64,000 nucleotides of DNA from Terriglobia bacterium (GCA_963695545.1 OY968796.1:3808001-3872000); one strand, 5' to 3'; numbered from the stretch's first letter, positions 10,619-22,392 are shown. Made by a program: numbers and translations. The notes: generated by a model not told the origin, from the letters alone.

Positions 10619-11827
10619 TCAGCGGGAAAGCGCGGGCTCCGGCAGCTCGGCGTAGGTCCGCGGTTCGGGACGCGGGTCGTTGCGTTGTTCGGGATGCAAC
10701 TCCGGGCGTGGCTCGACGCGCTGATCCGGGCGCCGCGATTGCGCCACGCGCGCAGCGGACACATTGCGATGGCGGGGAAATCTCGGAATTGGCGCGTCCT
10801 CCGCTTCGCGCGAGAACGAAAGCGAAGCGCCCTCAACGTCGCCATCGATGCGGAGAATGTCGCCGAAACGGACCTGCTCTGTGGCCAGCAGATTCGCCAG
10901 CGGATACACCACGTGGCGCTCGATTGCGCGTTTCAGATGGCGCGCGCCGTACTTGAGATCCGTGCCGTCGCGCAGCAGGAACTCCCGCGCGCCCGGCGTC
11001 ACGCGGAAAAGAAATTGCCCGCGCGCGGTTTCGAGCACGCGCTGCTGCACCATGCCCAATTCGATCTCCAGAATTCTTCCAAGTTCCGCCGGGCGCAGCG
11101 GATGGAACACGACCACTTTGTCGAGGCGGTTCATGAACTCCGGCGAAAACTTTTTCTTCGCGGCTGCAGCCGCGGTGCGCTCCACTTTTTCATCCAGGCG
11201 CTCTTCGCGCTTGTCTGTCGGCTGCGCGAAGCCCATGCCGCCGGTCATCAACTCAGTGATCTCGCCACCACCCAAATTCGACGTGAGGATGATTACGCAT
11301 TGCGAAAGATCTACGCGCCGGTTGTCGCCCAGCGTCAGCGTGGCCTTATCCAGAATGCCCAGCAGCAACTGCCACAGCGCGTCGGAAGCCTTCTCAATTT
11401 CATCGAACAAAAGGAAACTCAGTTTCATGCTCTCGGTGTGATATTTCGCGAGTTCTTCCTGCGTGATCAGCGGATGCGTCTCACGATGGCCCAAATATCC
11501 GGGAGGCGATCCGATCAGTTTAGAAATTTCGTGCGAGTGCTGAAACTCGGCGCAGTCCACTTTGATCACTGCGCGGGGATCGCCGAAAAGAACCTCGGCG
11601 GCGGCCTCCACGATGCGCGTTTTGCCCGAGCCAGTGGGTCCAAGAAACAGCAAGTTCCCGACCGGGCGGGTCGGCGAGCACATTCCCGCGACGTAGACCT
11701 GATGCATATCGACAAGCGCCGCAATCGCTTCTGGCTGGCCGACAATGCGCCGCAAGAGTCCAGCTTCAAACTCCTGTGAGTCACTGCTTCGGCGGGACGG
11801 ATCGAGCTGTTGCTGCGGTGAACGCAT
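10619..11827 (-). CDS. Single-NBD Clp/Hsp100-type AAA+ ATPase (ClpB/ClpC D2-like), copy 2
   Basis: IVGQ, GPTGSGKT, pore loop GSPPGYLG, FDEIEKA, TSN, PEFMNRLD, YGARHLKRAI. No N-domain or D1. Confidence 0.9.
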   Translation of the reverse strand: MRSPQQQLDPSRRSSDSQEFEAGLLRRIVGQPEAIAALVDMHQVYVAGMCSPTRPVGNLLFLGPTGSGKTRIVEAAAEVLFGDPRAVIKVDCAEFQHSHEISKLIGSPPGYLGHRETHPLITQEELAKYHTESMKLSFLLFDEIEKASDALWQLLLGILDKATLTLGDNRRVDLSQCVIILTSNLGGGEITELMTGGMGFAQPTDKREERLDEKVERTAAAAAKKKFSPEFMNRLDKVVVFHPLRPAELGRILEIELGMVQQRVLETARGQFLFRVTPGAREFLLRDGTDLKYGARHLKRAIERHVVYPLANLLATEQVRFGDILRIDGDVEGASLSFSREAEDAPIPRFPRHRNVSAARVAQSRRPDQRVEPRPELHPEQRNDPRPEPRTYAELPEPALSR

Positions 11828-11930
11828 CGTCGTGCTCCTGAATACGCAAAGCTAAAGAGCAGTCGAAGCGCCAAACTCGCGCGGAAGTGTGCGGTGGCGT
11901 GCGTGCGAACGTCATGCAGAATCAACGCGT

Positions 11931-13346
11931 TCAAGCCGCGTCGCGAGAGACCGCTCGCGCGGACGTTGGGAGCGTGTGCCAGATGCACGCACGGCAACGC
12001 CGGTGAAACACATTGGCGCGCAGCGAGGTTGTTCCACGCCACAAATGCCACGCACACCGGCTCTGTTGCGTTTCGTCAGGCAGAGGCCACGGCCCGTTCA
12101 ATTGCCACTCTTTTTCGCGCACGTCGGGCGGAACATTGTTGACGGTCAAATTCTCGAGCCAGTGCACGCCGGTCTTTCCGCCGACCACGATATCGGCATC
12201 GCCGTCGCCGTCCAAATCAAGCACCTGAATCTCCGTGCCCGCGCCCGCGGTGCCGTTATAGCTGATTGGGAAGCGCGTGAACGTCGCCGTCCGGCGATCG
12301 ATCTTGTAATAGTAGAGAACGATAGGCTCAATCGCGCCGGGGTCGCCTTCGTTGTGCGCGCGATAGCGTTTTCCGGCGATAAGTTCGGGCTGCCCATCGC
12401 CGTCGATATCGGCGAGGGCGAGCGCATGCACTTGCGAATAGGAATCGTCAATCAGGTGGCGCATCCAAACGCGCTTTCCATTTTCTTCCGATTGTTCGAG
12501 CCAGTAGAGGCCGTAGTTGTGGCCCTCACCGTAGATGAGATCCATCTTGCCGTCGTTATTCACATCGTAGCCGAGAATCGGGAATCCGGTCTCGCCGAGA
12601 TCCCACTCAGGCATCCATTGCCATTTATCTTGCGCGGCATCGATGTTCTTGTACCAGCCATGCACGGAAAGGACATCGGGTTTGCCGTCGCCATCCACGT
12701 CCGCGACGCCCACGCCGTGGCCATCGCCTTCGATTCCGCCGACGCGATGCACGACCGGCTCCGCGCCGGCGAAGCTAATCCACACGAGTCCCGACGGGCG
12801 GTAATGCGCTGCGATCACGTCCGGCCTGCCATCTCCATCGATATCGGCAAGCACCATGCCTTCCGTGAATTCCGACGCCACGATGAAGTGCTTGGTCCAC
12901 AGCGCGTCGGCCTTCTTGGGATTTTCGTACCAGGAGATCGCGTGCGAATCCCATCCGGAGCTTACGATGTCCAGCGCGCCGTCGTGATTCACGTCGATCG
13001 CGAATTCGGCGCAGTCCTCCACGTAATCGCCGGTGATTTCGACGTCGCGGAATTTGTGCTGCTTCCATGGGCCGCCGGCCGGGCCGGGATTTTCGTACCA
13101 GTAAGCGCCGCTGGTAATGTCAGGCCGGCCATCGCCATTCATGTCCATGATCGCGACAGATTCGGCGTGGTCGTTGCCCAAACGATGTGGCTTGAAAAGA
13201 ATGGGACGCGCGGACGCACTCGGAAGCTGCGGCTGCTCGGTGCTCTGCGCTTGCTCTCCATCCGCCGGGTTGCGCGGCGCTGCGCCTGCCCGAACCAGGA
13301 TCGCGCTCCCGGCAAAGCCCATCGCGAGAAATTCGCGTCGCCGCAT
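11931..13346 (-). CDS. Tat-exported FG-GAP/VCBS repeat beta-propeller protein
   Basis: MRRREFLAMG Tat motif; repeated DxxGDGxxD motifs with YW(Y/L)EN; GAGGAGG SD. Confidence 0.88.
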   Translation of the reverse strand: MRRREFLAMGFAGSAILVRAGAAPRNPADGEQAQSTEQPQLPSASARPILFKPHRLGNDHAESVAIMDMNGDGRPDITSGAYWYENPGPAGGPWKQHKFRDVEITGDYVEDCAEFAIDVNHDGALDIVSSGWDSHAISWYENPKKADALWTKHFIVASEFTEGMVLADIDGDGRPDVIAAHYRPSGLVWISFAGAEPVVHRVGGIEGDGHGVGVADVDGDGKPDVLSVHGWYKNIDAAQDKWQWMPEWDLGETGFPILGYDVNNDGKMDLIYGEGHNYGLYWLEQSEENGKRVWMRHLIDDSYSQVHALALADIDGDGQPELIAGKRYRAHNEGDPGAIEPIVLYYYKIDRRTATFTRFPISYNGTAGAGTEIQVLDLDGDGDADIVVGGKTGVHWLENLTVNNVPPDVREKEWQLNGPWPLPDETQQSRCAWHLWRGTTSLRANVFHRRCRACIWHTLPTSARAVSRDAA

Positions 13347-13538
13347 GTATTCCTCCTCATTTTTATCGCCGACTCGCGAGTATATGCCGATTGGCTGGCG
13401 CTTTTGCAGTGCGAAAAAACGCTCCATGGAAGGGGAAAGGCTGCGGGTCCGCAAGATGCGGTGCCGAACCTGAACAAAACGACGATTGCCACTGGCGGCA
13501 AACTCAGCCAGTGGCAATCGATAATGATTTCGGATTCG

Positions 13539-14762
<1,224 letters not shown>

Positions 14763-14773
14763 CGAACTTCCTC

Positions 14774-15208
14774 CTATCGAAACATTCCGCGCGAAAGCAA
14801 TCCGCGCTGGGGAGACCGATCGAACTGATCGAGCTTTACGCCGACGGTGGAATGCAACAGGCGCAGCTGCGTGACGATTTCGCGGCCCGTCTCGGGCGAA
14901 TGCGAAACGTCGAGCAGCGGCGGAAACAAATCGGTCAAATCGAGATTCAGCGAGCGCAACTGGCCGAGCAGCTTCTGCACATACTGGGATTGCGGATCGA
15001 ACAATTCCACGCGACTATTGACCTCTTCGCGCAGGCGGCTCCAGTTCACATCGAGCAGGGGAAATTGGCGCGTGACCCGGCGAACCACGTCGTCGGTGAT
15101 GCGCGGGCGGTCGCCGAGCTTAGCCAGGTGGAGTTGGCGCACCTTGCCGTTTTCGCGCACGTTGTGCACGAGGTAGAAGGCGCTTCCTTTGCGTCGCAAA
15201 AAGGCCAT
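14774..15208 (-). CDS. Hypothetical protein, basic beta-hairpin N-terminus (possible nucleic-acid binding)
   Basis: GGAG SD and TAGAAT box; 11-bp gap to the AAA+ gene; MAFLRRKG..YLVHNVRENGKVRQLHLAKLG. Confidence 0.75.
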   Translation of the reverse strand: MAFLRRKGSAFYLVHNVRENGKVRQLHLAKLGDRPRITDDVVRRVTRQFPLLDVNWSRLREEVNSRVELFDPQSQYVQKLLGQLRSLNLDLTDLFPPLLDVSHSPETGREIVTQLRLLHSTVGVKLDQFDRSPQRGLLSRGMFR

Positions 15209-15374
15209 GAAATGCTCCAGACTGCCACCCGGCGATTCTATACCTGGTAGTGTATTTATGTTCCACTACGGAAGTCAAGACGATCTTCAGCGATGTCTCG
15301 GATTTTTGCGGAAGAGTTACTCCCCAGAACGACACGCGCGCGCCGCACGAATCACGGTTAGAATCGCAGCCACC

Positions 15375-15716
15375 ATGGCTGCGAAACGCAATACACAATC
15401 TTCATGGGAACCAGTTTTTCGATTCGTCAAATCGATTCCGCGCGGCCGCGTGATCACCTACGGCGACTTGGCGCGCGCGCTTCGCCTGCGCGGCGGAGCG
15501 CGCACGGCTGGGCATGCCATCGCCGCGACTCCGCGAGGGCGTGGAATCCCCTGGCATCGCGTGGTCGGCGCCAGCGGCAGGCTCCTGACGCGCGAGCCCG
15601 TCGCCAGCTTGCAACGTCGCCTCTTGGAAAGCGAAGGCGTGCGCTTCATCGAAGGACGCGTGGACTGGAAGCGCCACGCCTGGAAAAAAATCAAGGGCGG
15701 AGCGCGGCGCACGTGA
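15375..15716 (+). CDS. Alkyltransferase-like (ATL/MGMT family) protein
   Basis: IPRGRVITYGDLA and PWHRVV (Trp in place of the catalytic Cys of PCHRV). Confidence 0.9.
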   Translation: MAAKRNTQSSWEPVFRFVKSIPRGRVITYGDLARALRLRGGARTAGHAIAATPRGRGIPWHRVVGASGRLLTREPVASLQRRLLESEGVRFIEGRVDWKRHAWKKIKGGARRT

Positions 15717-15791
15717 GTGTGCTAAGGTTTTCGTGCGCGACGCCGCGCTGATAGGCGCGCGCACGGTAAAATCACAGACACATTTTCCCTC

Positions 15792-16712
15792 GTGGCCCCG
15801 CCGATCATCCAAGCCGAGAACCTCACCAAGCGATACGACGCCGTCGTCGCGCTCCGTGGCGTCAGCTTTGAAGTGAATGAAGGCGAAGTGTTCGGCCTGC
15901 TCGGGCCCAACGGCGCGGGGAAAACCAGCACGATCGAAATACTCGAAGGATTGAGGTCGGCGGATAGCGGGCACGCGAGCGTTTGCGGTCTTGATCCCGA
16001 GCGCAGCGGACCGCGATTGAAAGAAGTGATCGGCGCGACGCTGCAAGCCACGGCGCTGCCGGACAAAATTCGCGTGGGCGAAGCACTGGCCATGTTCGGA
16101 AGCTTCTATCCGCGCCATCGCAATCTGGCCGATCTGATGCGCCGGTTCGGTCTGGAAGAAAAGCGCAGCGCATTTTACGGCCAGCTCTCCGGCGGCCAGA
16201 AGCAACGGCTGGCTCTCGCCCTCGCGTTGGTGAACGAACCGCAAGTTTTGTTTCTGGACGAGCCGACGGCTGGTCTCGATCCGCAAGTGCGCCGCGAAAT
16301 CTACGACGTGATCGAGGAATTGAAATTCGAGCGCAAGACCATCTTGCTGACGACGCATTATATCGAAGAGGCCGAGCGCCTGTGCGACCGAGTGGCGATC
16401 GTGGATCAGGGCCTGGTGATCGCACAGGGCACGCCGCGCGAATTGAAGCAAAGCTCCGCGGGCACCACGCGCATCGATGTGCGCTTGGCGCGACCAGAGC
16501 CTGACGGCGCGCTGGCGAATCTCGAAGGCGTTTCCGACGCGCGCCAGATGAGCGGCGCCTGGGTGCTGCACTCCTCACGCGTGCCGGCCACGATCGTGGC
16601 GCTGGTGAAGCATCTTGAAAGCGCGGGAAACGAATTGGCGGGCCTCGAAATTTCGGCGCCGTCGCTCGAAGACGTGTTCCTCGAGCTGACCGGACGCAAG
16701 CTGCGCGATTGA
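15792..16712 (+). CDS. ABC-2 type exporter ATP-binding protein
   Basis: GPNGAGKT, LSGGQKQR, LDEPTAGLD, TTH. Confidence 0.95.
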   Translation: MAPPIIQAENLTKRYDAVVALRGVSFEVNEGEVFGLLGPNGAGKTSTIEILEGLRSADSGHASVCGLDPERSGPRLKEVIGATLQATALPDKIRVGEALAMFGSFYPRHRNLADLMRRFGLEEKRSAFYGQLSGGQKQRLALALALVNEPQVLFLDEPTAGLDPQVRREIYDVIEELKFERKTILLTTHYIEEAERLCDRVAIVDQGLVIAQGTPRELKQSSAGTTRIDVRLARPEPDGALANLEGVSDARQMSGAWVLHSSRVPATIVALVKHLESAGNELAGLEISAPSLEDVFLELTGRKLRD

Positions 16713-16740
16713 TGCGCAAAACGGGCGAGCGAAAACGAAT

Positions 16741-17631
16741 TTGAAAAACATCTGGACACTGACGGTCAACCGCATGCGCCTGGCGATGCGCACGCCGGTA
16801 TTCTTGTTCTTCAGCCTGGGCATGCCGCTGGTGTTTCTGTTCGGCTTCTGCGGATTTTTCGCGCACGGCAAACCCTACGCGGTTCCCTACCTGCTTTCTT
16901 CGGTGCTGGCTCTGACGGTAATGGGCAGCTTCTGGGGACTCAGCATGCAGCTTGTGACCTATCGCGAGATGGGCATTCTGCGCCGATTCCGCCTGGCGCC
17001 GGTGGGTCCGGGCGCACTGCTGGCTTCGAGCATCCTCTCGAATTATTTTCTCACGCTGCCGACGGTGATCGCGCAATTCTTGCTGGCCCGCTGGGTGTTC
17101 CACATGCCGCAGTGGGGAAATTTGTTCGGCGTGTTCGTGATGGTCACGTTGGGAACGGTCACATTCGCCTCTCTCGGCCTGATCGTCGCCAGCGTAACGA
17201 ACACCGCACAAGAAACGCAGATGATCAATCAGGCGTTGTGGTTCGGCTTCCTGTTTCTTTCCGGCGCCAGCGTTCCATTGCCGCTATTTCCGGGATGGCT
17301 GCAAAGTGTTGCGCTCTACATTCCCGCAACGTACTTGGTGACCGGCCTTGAGCGCGTGATGGTGCCGGATGAATCTCTATTTCGCCTCGGGCCCAACCTG
17401 CTTTCGCTCGCGGTCTGTGCGGGAATCGCGTTCGTCATCTCGTATCAATTATTCCGCTGGGATCCCGGATCGAAAGCGCCACGCCGCGCGAAGCTTTGGG
17501 CCACGTCGACGATTCTGCCGTTCGTGCTGCTCGGCGTGTGGGAGACGCATTACGGCCATCTGCGCAAGAACGCGCAGACCGATTACCAATCCATCGAACG
17601 CCAGTTCACGCTGAGCCCCGCGCCGCGCTGA
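16741..17631 (+). CDS. ABC-2 type exporter permease
   Basis: Multiple TM helices; YREMGILRRFRLAP motif; follows the ATPase gene. Confidence 0.9.
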   Translation: MKNIWTLTVNRMRLAMRTPVFLFFSLGMPLVFLFGFCGFFAHGKPYAVPYLLSSVLALTVMGSFWGLSMQLVTYREMGILRRFRLAPVGPGALLASSILSNYFLTLPTVIAQFLLARWVFHMPQWGNLFGVFVMVTLGTVTFASLGLIVASVTNTAQETQMINQALWFGFLFLSGASVPLPLFPGWLQSVALYIPATYLVTGLERVMVPDESLFRLGPNLLSLAVCAGIAFVISYQLFRWDPGSKAPRRAKLWATSTILPFVLLGVWETHYGHLRKNAQTDYQSIERQFTLSPAPR

Positions 17632-17777
17632 GCGCGCGTGGTCTCCACGTCCCCAATAGGCCATTTTGGCTGGAAACGAGCCCAATTCCCCGACTCAGGC
17701 TCGGGCTGCGCGCCGACGGCGTGTGCTATACTTTTCTACAGTTGCAGTGAAGCCCGCGCTCGCGCGGAGAAATTCAG

Positions 17778-18728
17778 ATGGGCATCGAAAAGACCGAAAA
17801 AATCTGGCACAACGGCAAGCTCATTGGCTGGGACGAAGCCACCATCCATGTGTTGTCGCACGTGGTGAGCTACGGTTCCGCGGTTTTCGAGGGCATCCGT
17901 TGCTACCACACCAAACAAGGTTCGGCGATTTTCCGTCTGCGCGACCACATGCAGCGGATGATTCATTCCGCGAAAATTTATCGCATGGACTTGCCCGCGC
18001 CGCTCGATGAGCTGTGCCAAGGCGCGATCGATATCGTGCGCGCGAATCGCATGGATTCCTGTTACATCCGCCCGATCGCGCTGCGCGGTTATGGCGACGT
18101 CGGCGTCAGCCCGCTCGCCTGCCCGGTCGAGGTGTATATCGCCTGTTGGGGCTGGGGCGCGTATCTCGGTTCGGACGCGCTCGAGCAGGGCGTGGACGTT
18201 TGCATCAGCTCGTGGGCGCGCATGGCGCCGAACACTTTGCCCGCGATGGCCAAGGCCGCGGCCAATTATATGAATTCGCAATTGATTCGCATGGAGGCCG
18301 TGATCAACGGCTATGCCGAAGGCATTGCGCTCGATCCATCCGGTTTGGTCAGCGAAGGCTCGGGCGAAAATGTTTTTCTGGTGCTCGACGGGACGGTGTG
18401 GACGCCTCCGATCGCCACCTGCGGCCTGCAAGGCATCACGCGCGCGAGTTTGCTCACGCTGTGCGAAGATCTGAAAATTCCCGTGCGCGAAGAATCCATT
18501 CCGCGCGAAATGCTTTATCTCGCCGACGAAGTTTTCCTCTCGGGCACGGCGGCCGAGCTAACGCCGCTGCGTTCGATCGACCGCATTCAGATCGGTAAAG
18601 GCCGGCGCGGCCCCATCACGCAGCAGCTTCAAGAGGAATTTTTCGCCATCGTGCGCGGAACAAAGCCCGATCGCCACAACTGGCTCACGCCGGTTCCCGT
18701 GCCGGCCAGCGCCGCGGTCACGCGGTAG
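17778..18728 (+). CDS. ilvE: Branched-chain amino acid aminotransferase
   Basis: YGSAVFEGIR, YIRP, AKAAANY, EGSGEN, LQGITR, GTAAE. Confidence 0.95.
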   Translation: MGIEKTEKIWHNGKLIGWDEATIHVLSHVVSYGSAVFEGIRCYHTKQGSAIFRLRDHMQRMIHSAKIYRMDLPAPLDELCQGAIDIVRANRMDSCYIRPIALRGYGDVGVSPLACPVEVYIACWGWGAYLGSDALEQGVDVCISSWARMAPNTLPAMAKAAANYMNSQLIRMEAVINGYAEGIALDPSGLVSEGSGENVFLVLDGTVWTPPIATCGLQGITRASLLTLCEDLKIPVREESIPREMLYLADEVFLSGTAAELTPLRSIDRIQIGKGRRGPITQQLQEEFFAIVRGTKPDRHNWLTPVPVPASAAVTR

Positions 18729-18881
18729 AAACGTCGGCGCGAGCGTTTCGGCTTGCGCTTCTCGCAGTTTCTTTGACCGCGCACCGTTCCCTCTTATAGA
18801 ATCCGGCCCCGGCGCCTGCGTAGGGCTCGAGCGCGCCGCTAGATTCCTCGTGCACAACTCGCCTAGCCCCGGAGGCCGTTA

Positions 18882-19577
18882 ATGATGTACAGCAAGCCGC
18901 AAAAGTTGCTGGCGGAATTCTTCGGAACGTTCGCGCTGGTCTTCTTCAGCGCGGGCGCGATTTGCGCCGATCAGTTGCTGACGGTCTCCGGGCAGGCCGG
19001 GCTCGGCTTCTTCGGCGTCGCGCTGGCCTACGGCTTGACCATGGGCATTATGGTGACGGCGTTAGGCCACGTTTCCGGCGGCCACTTCAACCCCGCTATC
19101 TCAATCGGCTTCTGGGTGACGCGTCGAGCGACCACCATCGATACCGTGCTCTACTGGGTCGCTCAACTCGCCGGAGCCACGGCGGCCGCCTACGCGCTGC
19201 GCGCCGTCGTGCCGGAGACCACCTGGCGCGCGGTGCACCTAGGCGCGCCGGCACTAGCCAGCGGAATCACGCGCGCGTCGGGGATGCTGATCGAAGGCCT
19301 CACGACGTTCTTCCTCGTGTTCGTCGTGTTCGCCACACTCGTGGACGATAACGGAGCGTTCGGCAAGATCGGCGGCTTCGCTGTCGGACTCACGCTCGCG
19401 ATTGGCGTTCTCTTCGGCGGACCGTTCACCGGCGCGGCGATGAATCCGGCGCGCGCGTTCGGCCCGGCGCTCGCCGGCCGCGATTGGCTGAACCACGGTG
19501 TGTACTGGGTCGGTCCGCTCGCCGGAGGCGTGCTGGCCGGCTGGATTTACGACACCGCGTTCCTGAAAAAATCCTAG
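18882..19577 (+). CDS. Aquaporin (MIP family)
   Basis: AEFFGT, SGGHFNPA, GAAMNPARAFGPA, YWVGP. Confidence 0.95.
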   Translation: MMYSKPQKLLAEFFGTFALVFFSAGAICADQLLTVSGQAGLGFFGVALAYGLTMGIMVTALGHVSGGHFNPAISIGFWVTRRATTIDTVLYWVAQLAGATAAAYALRAVVPETTWRAVHLGAPALASGITRASGMLIEGLTTFFLVFVVFATLVDDNGAFGKIGGFAVGLTLAIGVLFGGPFTGAAMNPARAFGPALAGRDWLNHGVYWVGPLAGGVLAGWIYDTAFLKKS

Positions 19578-19763
19578 ACTAACGCGGCAATCTCGAATTA
19601 TCCCGCCGCGAACACGGGCCGGAGCTTTGGCCCGACACTCGTCGCTCGCCCCATCCGCCTACCCCGTTACTAACCTGTGCCCCTCCCCGAGAGGCGTTCT
19701 TGTTTCGCCCCCGCACGGATGCTAGTGTCGCGAGGTAGACCTTCGAGAGGGCCCAATTCTGCC

Positions 19764-20909
19764 ATGGCACTAAGCATTGACGACCTCCTGCGCCGCGCCG
19801 TCGAAAGCAAAGCTTCCGATTTGCATCTAAAAGTCGGCAACCACCCCTACTTGCGCGTGGATGGAGAGCTCAACGCACTGGCCGACGTGCCGCGCGTCAC
19901 CCCGGAAGAAATGCTGTCCATGGCCTTCTCGATGATGACCAACCGGCAGAAGCAAAAATTCAAAGAAACCGCGGAACTCGATATGGCCTACGGCGTCGCC
20001 GGCCTGGGCCGCTTCCGCGTGAACGTTTTTCAGCAGCGCGGCAACGTCGGCATGGTGCTGCGCGTCATTCCCACGAAAATTCGCACCGTCGAAGAACTCG
20101 AACTGCCGCGCATCCTCGAAAAAATTTGCGAAGAGCGCCGCGGCCTGGTGATCGTCACCGGCACCACCGGCTCGGGCAAATCCACCAGCCTCGCGGCCAT
20201 GATCGACCGCATCAATTCCACGCGCCCGGATCACGTCATCACCATCGAAGACCCCATCGAATTCCTGCATCGCGATAAGCACAGCTTCATCAATCAGCGC
20301 GAAGTCGAAGTCGACACCGCGAATTTCTCAACCGCGCTGCGCGCCGCGTTACGCCAGGACCCTGACGTGATTCTGGTCGGCGAAATGCGCGATCTTGAAA
20401 CCATCGCCACCGCGTTGCTCGCCGCCGAAACCGGCCACTTGGTTTTCTCCACTTTGCACACTCTCGATGCCACGGAAACCATTCAGCGCATCATCGCCGT
20501 GTTTCCGCCGCCCGAGCAAAAACAGATTCGTTTGCAAATGGCCGCCACGCTCAAGGCCGTCGTCAGCCAGCGCCTCGTTCGTCGCGCCGACGACAAGGGC
20601 CGCGTCCCCGCCGTCGAAGTGATGATCGCCACCGCCTACATCCGCGATTGCATCATCAATCCCGATAAAACGCGCCTGATCCACGACGCCATCGCCGCCG
20701 GCACCAGCCAGTACGGCATGCAAACATTCGATCAATCGCTCTACGATCTCTACACGCGCCAACTCATCTCTTACGAAGAAGCCCTGCTGCGCGCCTCCAA
20801 CCCCGACGACTTCAAGCTCCGCGTCCAGGGCGTGCGCTCCGCCGCCGACGCCGCGCGCGAAGAAATGGAACGCGCCATGACCGAATTCGAGCGCTTCGGC
20901 CGGCGCTAA
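19764..20909 (+). CDS. pilT: Type IV pilus retraction ATPase PilT family
   Basis: ASDLHL, RFRVNVF, GTTGSGKST, TIEDPIE, ALRQDPDVILVGEMRD, STLHT, GMQTFDQSL. Confidence 0.93.
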   Translation: MALSIDDLLRRAVESKASDLHLKVGNHPYLRVDGELNALADVPRVTPEEMLSMAFSMMTNRQKQKFKETAELDMAYGVAGLGRFRVNVFQQRGNVGMVLRVIPTKIRTVEELELPRILEKICEERRGLVIVTGTTGSGKSTSLAAMIDRINSTRPDHVITIEDPIEFLHRDKHSFINQREVEVDTANFSTALRAALRQDPDVILVGEMRDLETIATALLAAETGHLVFSTLHTLDATETIQRIIAVFPPPEQKQIRLQMAATLKAVVSQRLVRRADDKGRVPAVEVMIATAYIRDCIINPDKTRLIHDAIAAGTSQYGMQTFDQSLYDLYTRQLISYEEALLRASNPDDFKLRVQGVRSAADAAREEMERAMTEFERFGRR

Positions 20910-21097
20910 GCGTAACGTTCTCCGTTCCCTCCGCTGCCAACCCGCTTGTCGCTGGCTCGTGCAGGACCGCAATCATCTGCGTCAGCTGCAAACGCGAACT
21001 ACCATTCCGCCGCAACCCCTGTTACCATCGCGCGAAAACTCAGCGCCCAATCGGAATCAATCGAGGATCCACGCTGCCGACCCAACGTTCTGGCTTC

Positions 21098-21781
21098 TTG
21101 GATAAATATTTCTACTTCCTCATGACGCTGCTGATCACGGCGGTCGTGATCTACGGCTTCAGCCACACCATCGTCCAGAACCTCATCCATCCCGCCGTGC
21201 CCCGGCCTCGCATCCTTTACTTTCATGCGGCCGTCTTCTCTTCGTGGCTGGTCTTTTTCATTTTCCAATCCGTGCTGATCCGCACGCACAACGTGCCGTT
21301 GCATCGCCTGACAGGCTGGTTCGGCGTCGCGCTCGGCGCCATCATGCCTCCGCTCGGCATCGCCACCGCCATCGTCATGGCGCGATTCGACACTCTTCAG
21401 CTTCATCAGACCGACGCCGCGGCGTTCCTCATCATTCCGTTCTTTGACATCGTCGCCTTCACCGTCCCCTTTGCGCTCGCGATTTATTGGCGAAAACGGC
21501 CGGAGTTCCATCGCCGCCTGATCCTGATCGCAACCTGTGCGCTTACCGCCGCGGCCTTTGGCCGTTTCCCCCCTGAGATCCTGCCGCCCAGCCTGTTCTA
21601 TGCCGGCGTGGACATTCTAATTCTGCTCGGCGTCGCGCACGATCTAATCTTTAGCCGCCGCGTCCATCGAGTCTACCATTACGCTCTTCCCTTTTTTATC
21701 ATCGGCCAGACGATCGCCACCTACACCTATATTCACGCGTCTCCGTATTGGACGAAGATCGCTAACGCGATCCTGTTCTAG
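21098..21781 (+). CDS. Hypothetical polytopic membrane protein with His residues in or next to TM helices
   Basis: About six TM helices; LHRLTG and FHRRL motifs. Start uncertain (possible CTG at 21074 behind GAGGA). Confidence 0.75.
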   Translation: MDKYFYFLMTLLITAVVIYGFSHTIVQNLIHPAVPRPRILYFHAAVFSSWLVFFIFQSVLIRTHNVPLHRLTGWFGVALGAIMPPLGIATAIVMARFDTLQLHQTDAAAFLIIPFFDIVAFTVPFALAIYWRKRPEFHRRLILIATCALTAAAFGRFPPEILPPSLFYAGVDILILLGVAHDLIFSRRVHRVYHYALPFFIIGQTIATYTYIHASPYWTKIANAILF

Positions 21782-21837
21782 GCCAACTTCCCCTCTTTCT
21801 TGATTCTGCCTCGCCCCGCACCTATGCTTCTGTTGCG

Positions 21838-22392
21838 ATGCCCCGCGGACCCCGCAAACACGAATCCGATGAAGGGCTGTACGCCGCCGCGATGCGCGCG
21901 CTGATGCGCCGCGCCTATTCCGTCTTCGAGATGCGCAGATATCTCGAGCAGCGCGCCGCCGACGCCGAAGCCGCGCCGCGCGTTCTCGCGCTTCTGCGCG
22001 AACGCCGCTACCTGGATGATGGGGTTTATGCGCGTCAGTTCGCGGCGCATCGCACGCGCGTGCGCCGCCAAGGCACATACCGCATCGCGCGCGAACTCCG
22101 CGCCCGCGGCGTCCCGGACAAATTTATTGAGGAAGCGCTGGCAGAAATCGGCGGAACAACCGACGAAGCCGCCGTCGTCCGCCAAACCATTGCACGAAAA
22201 ATGAAAACCCTGCGCGGACCGCTCGATCAGCGCCGCCTGGCCTCACTCCAGCGCAGCCTGCTCCGCGCCGGATTTTCAGGCGACACGATTCGAACCGAAC
22301 TCCGCGCCCTCACGCGCAGCGCCAAAGCCGCCGCAGGTGTCGCGGACACCGCCGCCGCGCTGCTCGATGATCCGATTCCGCCAGAAGAATGA
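21838..22392 (+). CDS. recX: Regulatory protein RecX
   Basis: AMRALMRRAYSVFEMRRYL, YLDD..YA, G.YRIARELRARGV, LLRAGFS; lies near alaS. Confidence 0.85.
   Translation: MPRGPRKHESDEGLYAAAMRALMRRAYSVFEMRRYLEQRAADAEAAPRVLALLRERRYLDDGVYARQFAAHRTRVRRQGTYRIARELRARGVPDKFIEEALAEIGGTTDEAAVVRQTIARKMKTLRGPLDQRRLASLQRSLLRAGFSGDTIRTELRALTRSAKAAAGVADTAAALLDDPIPPEE

Noticed and set aside
14774..15208. Active IS element
   Set aside because: No catalytic transposase domain, terminal inverted repeats or target duplication.
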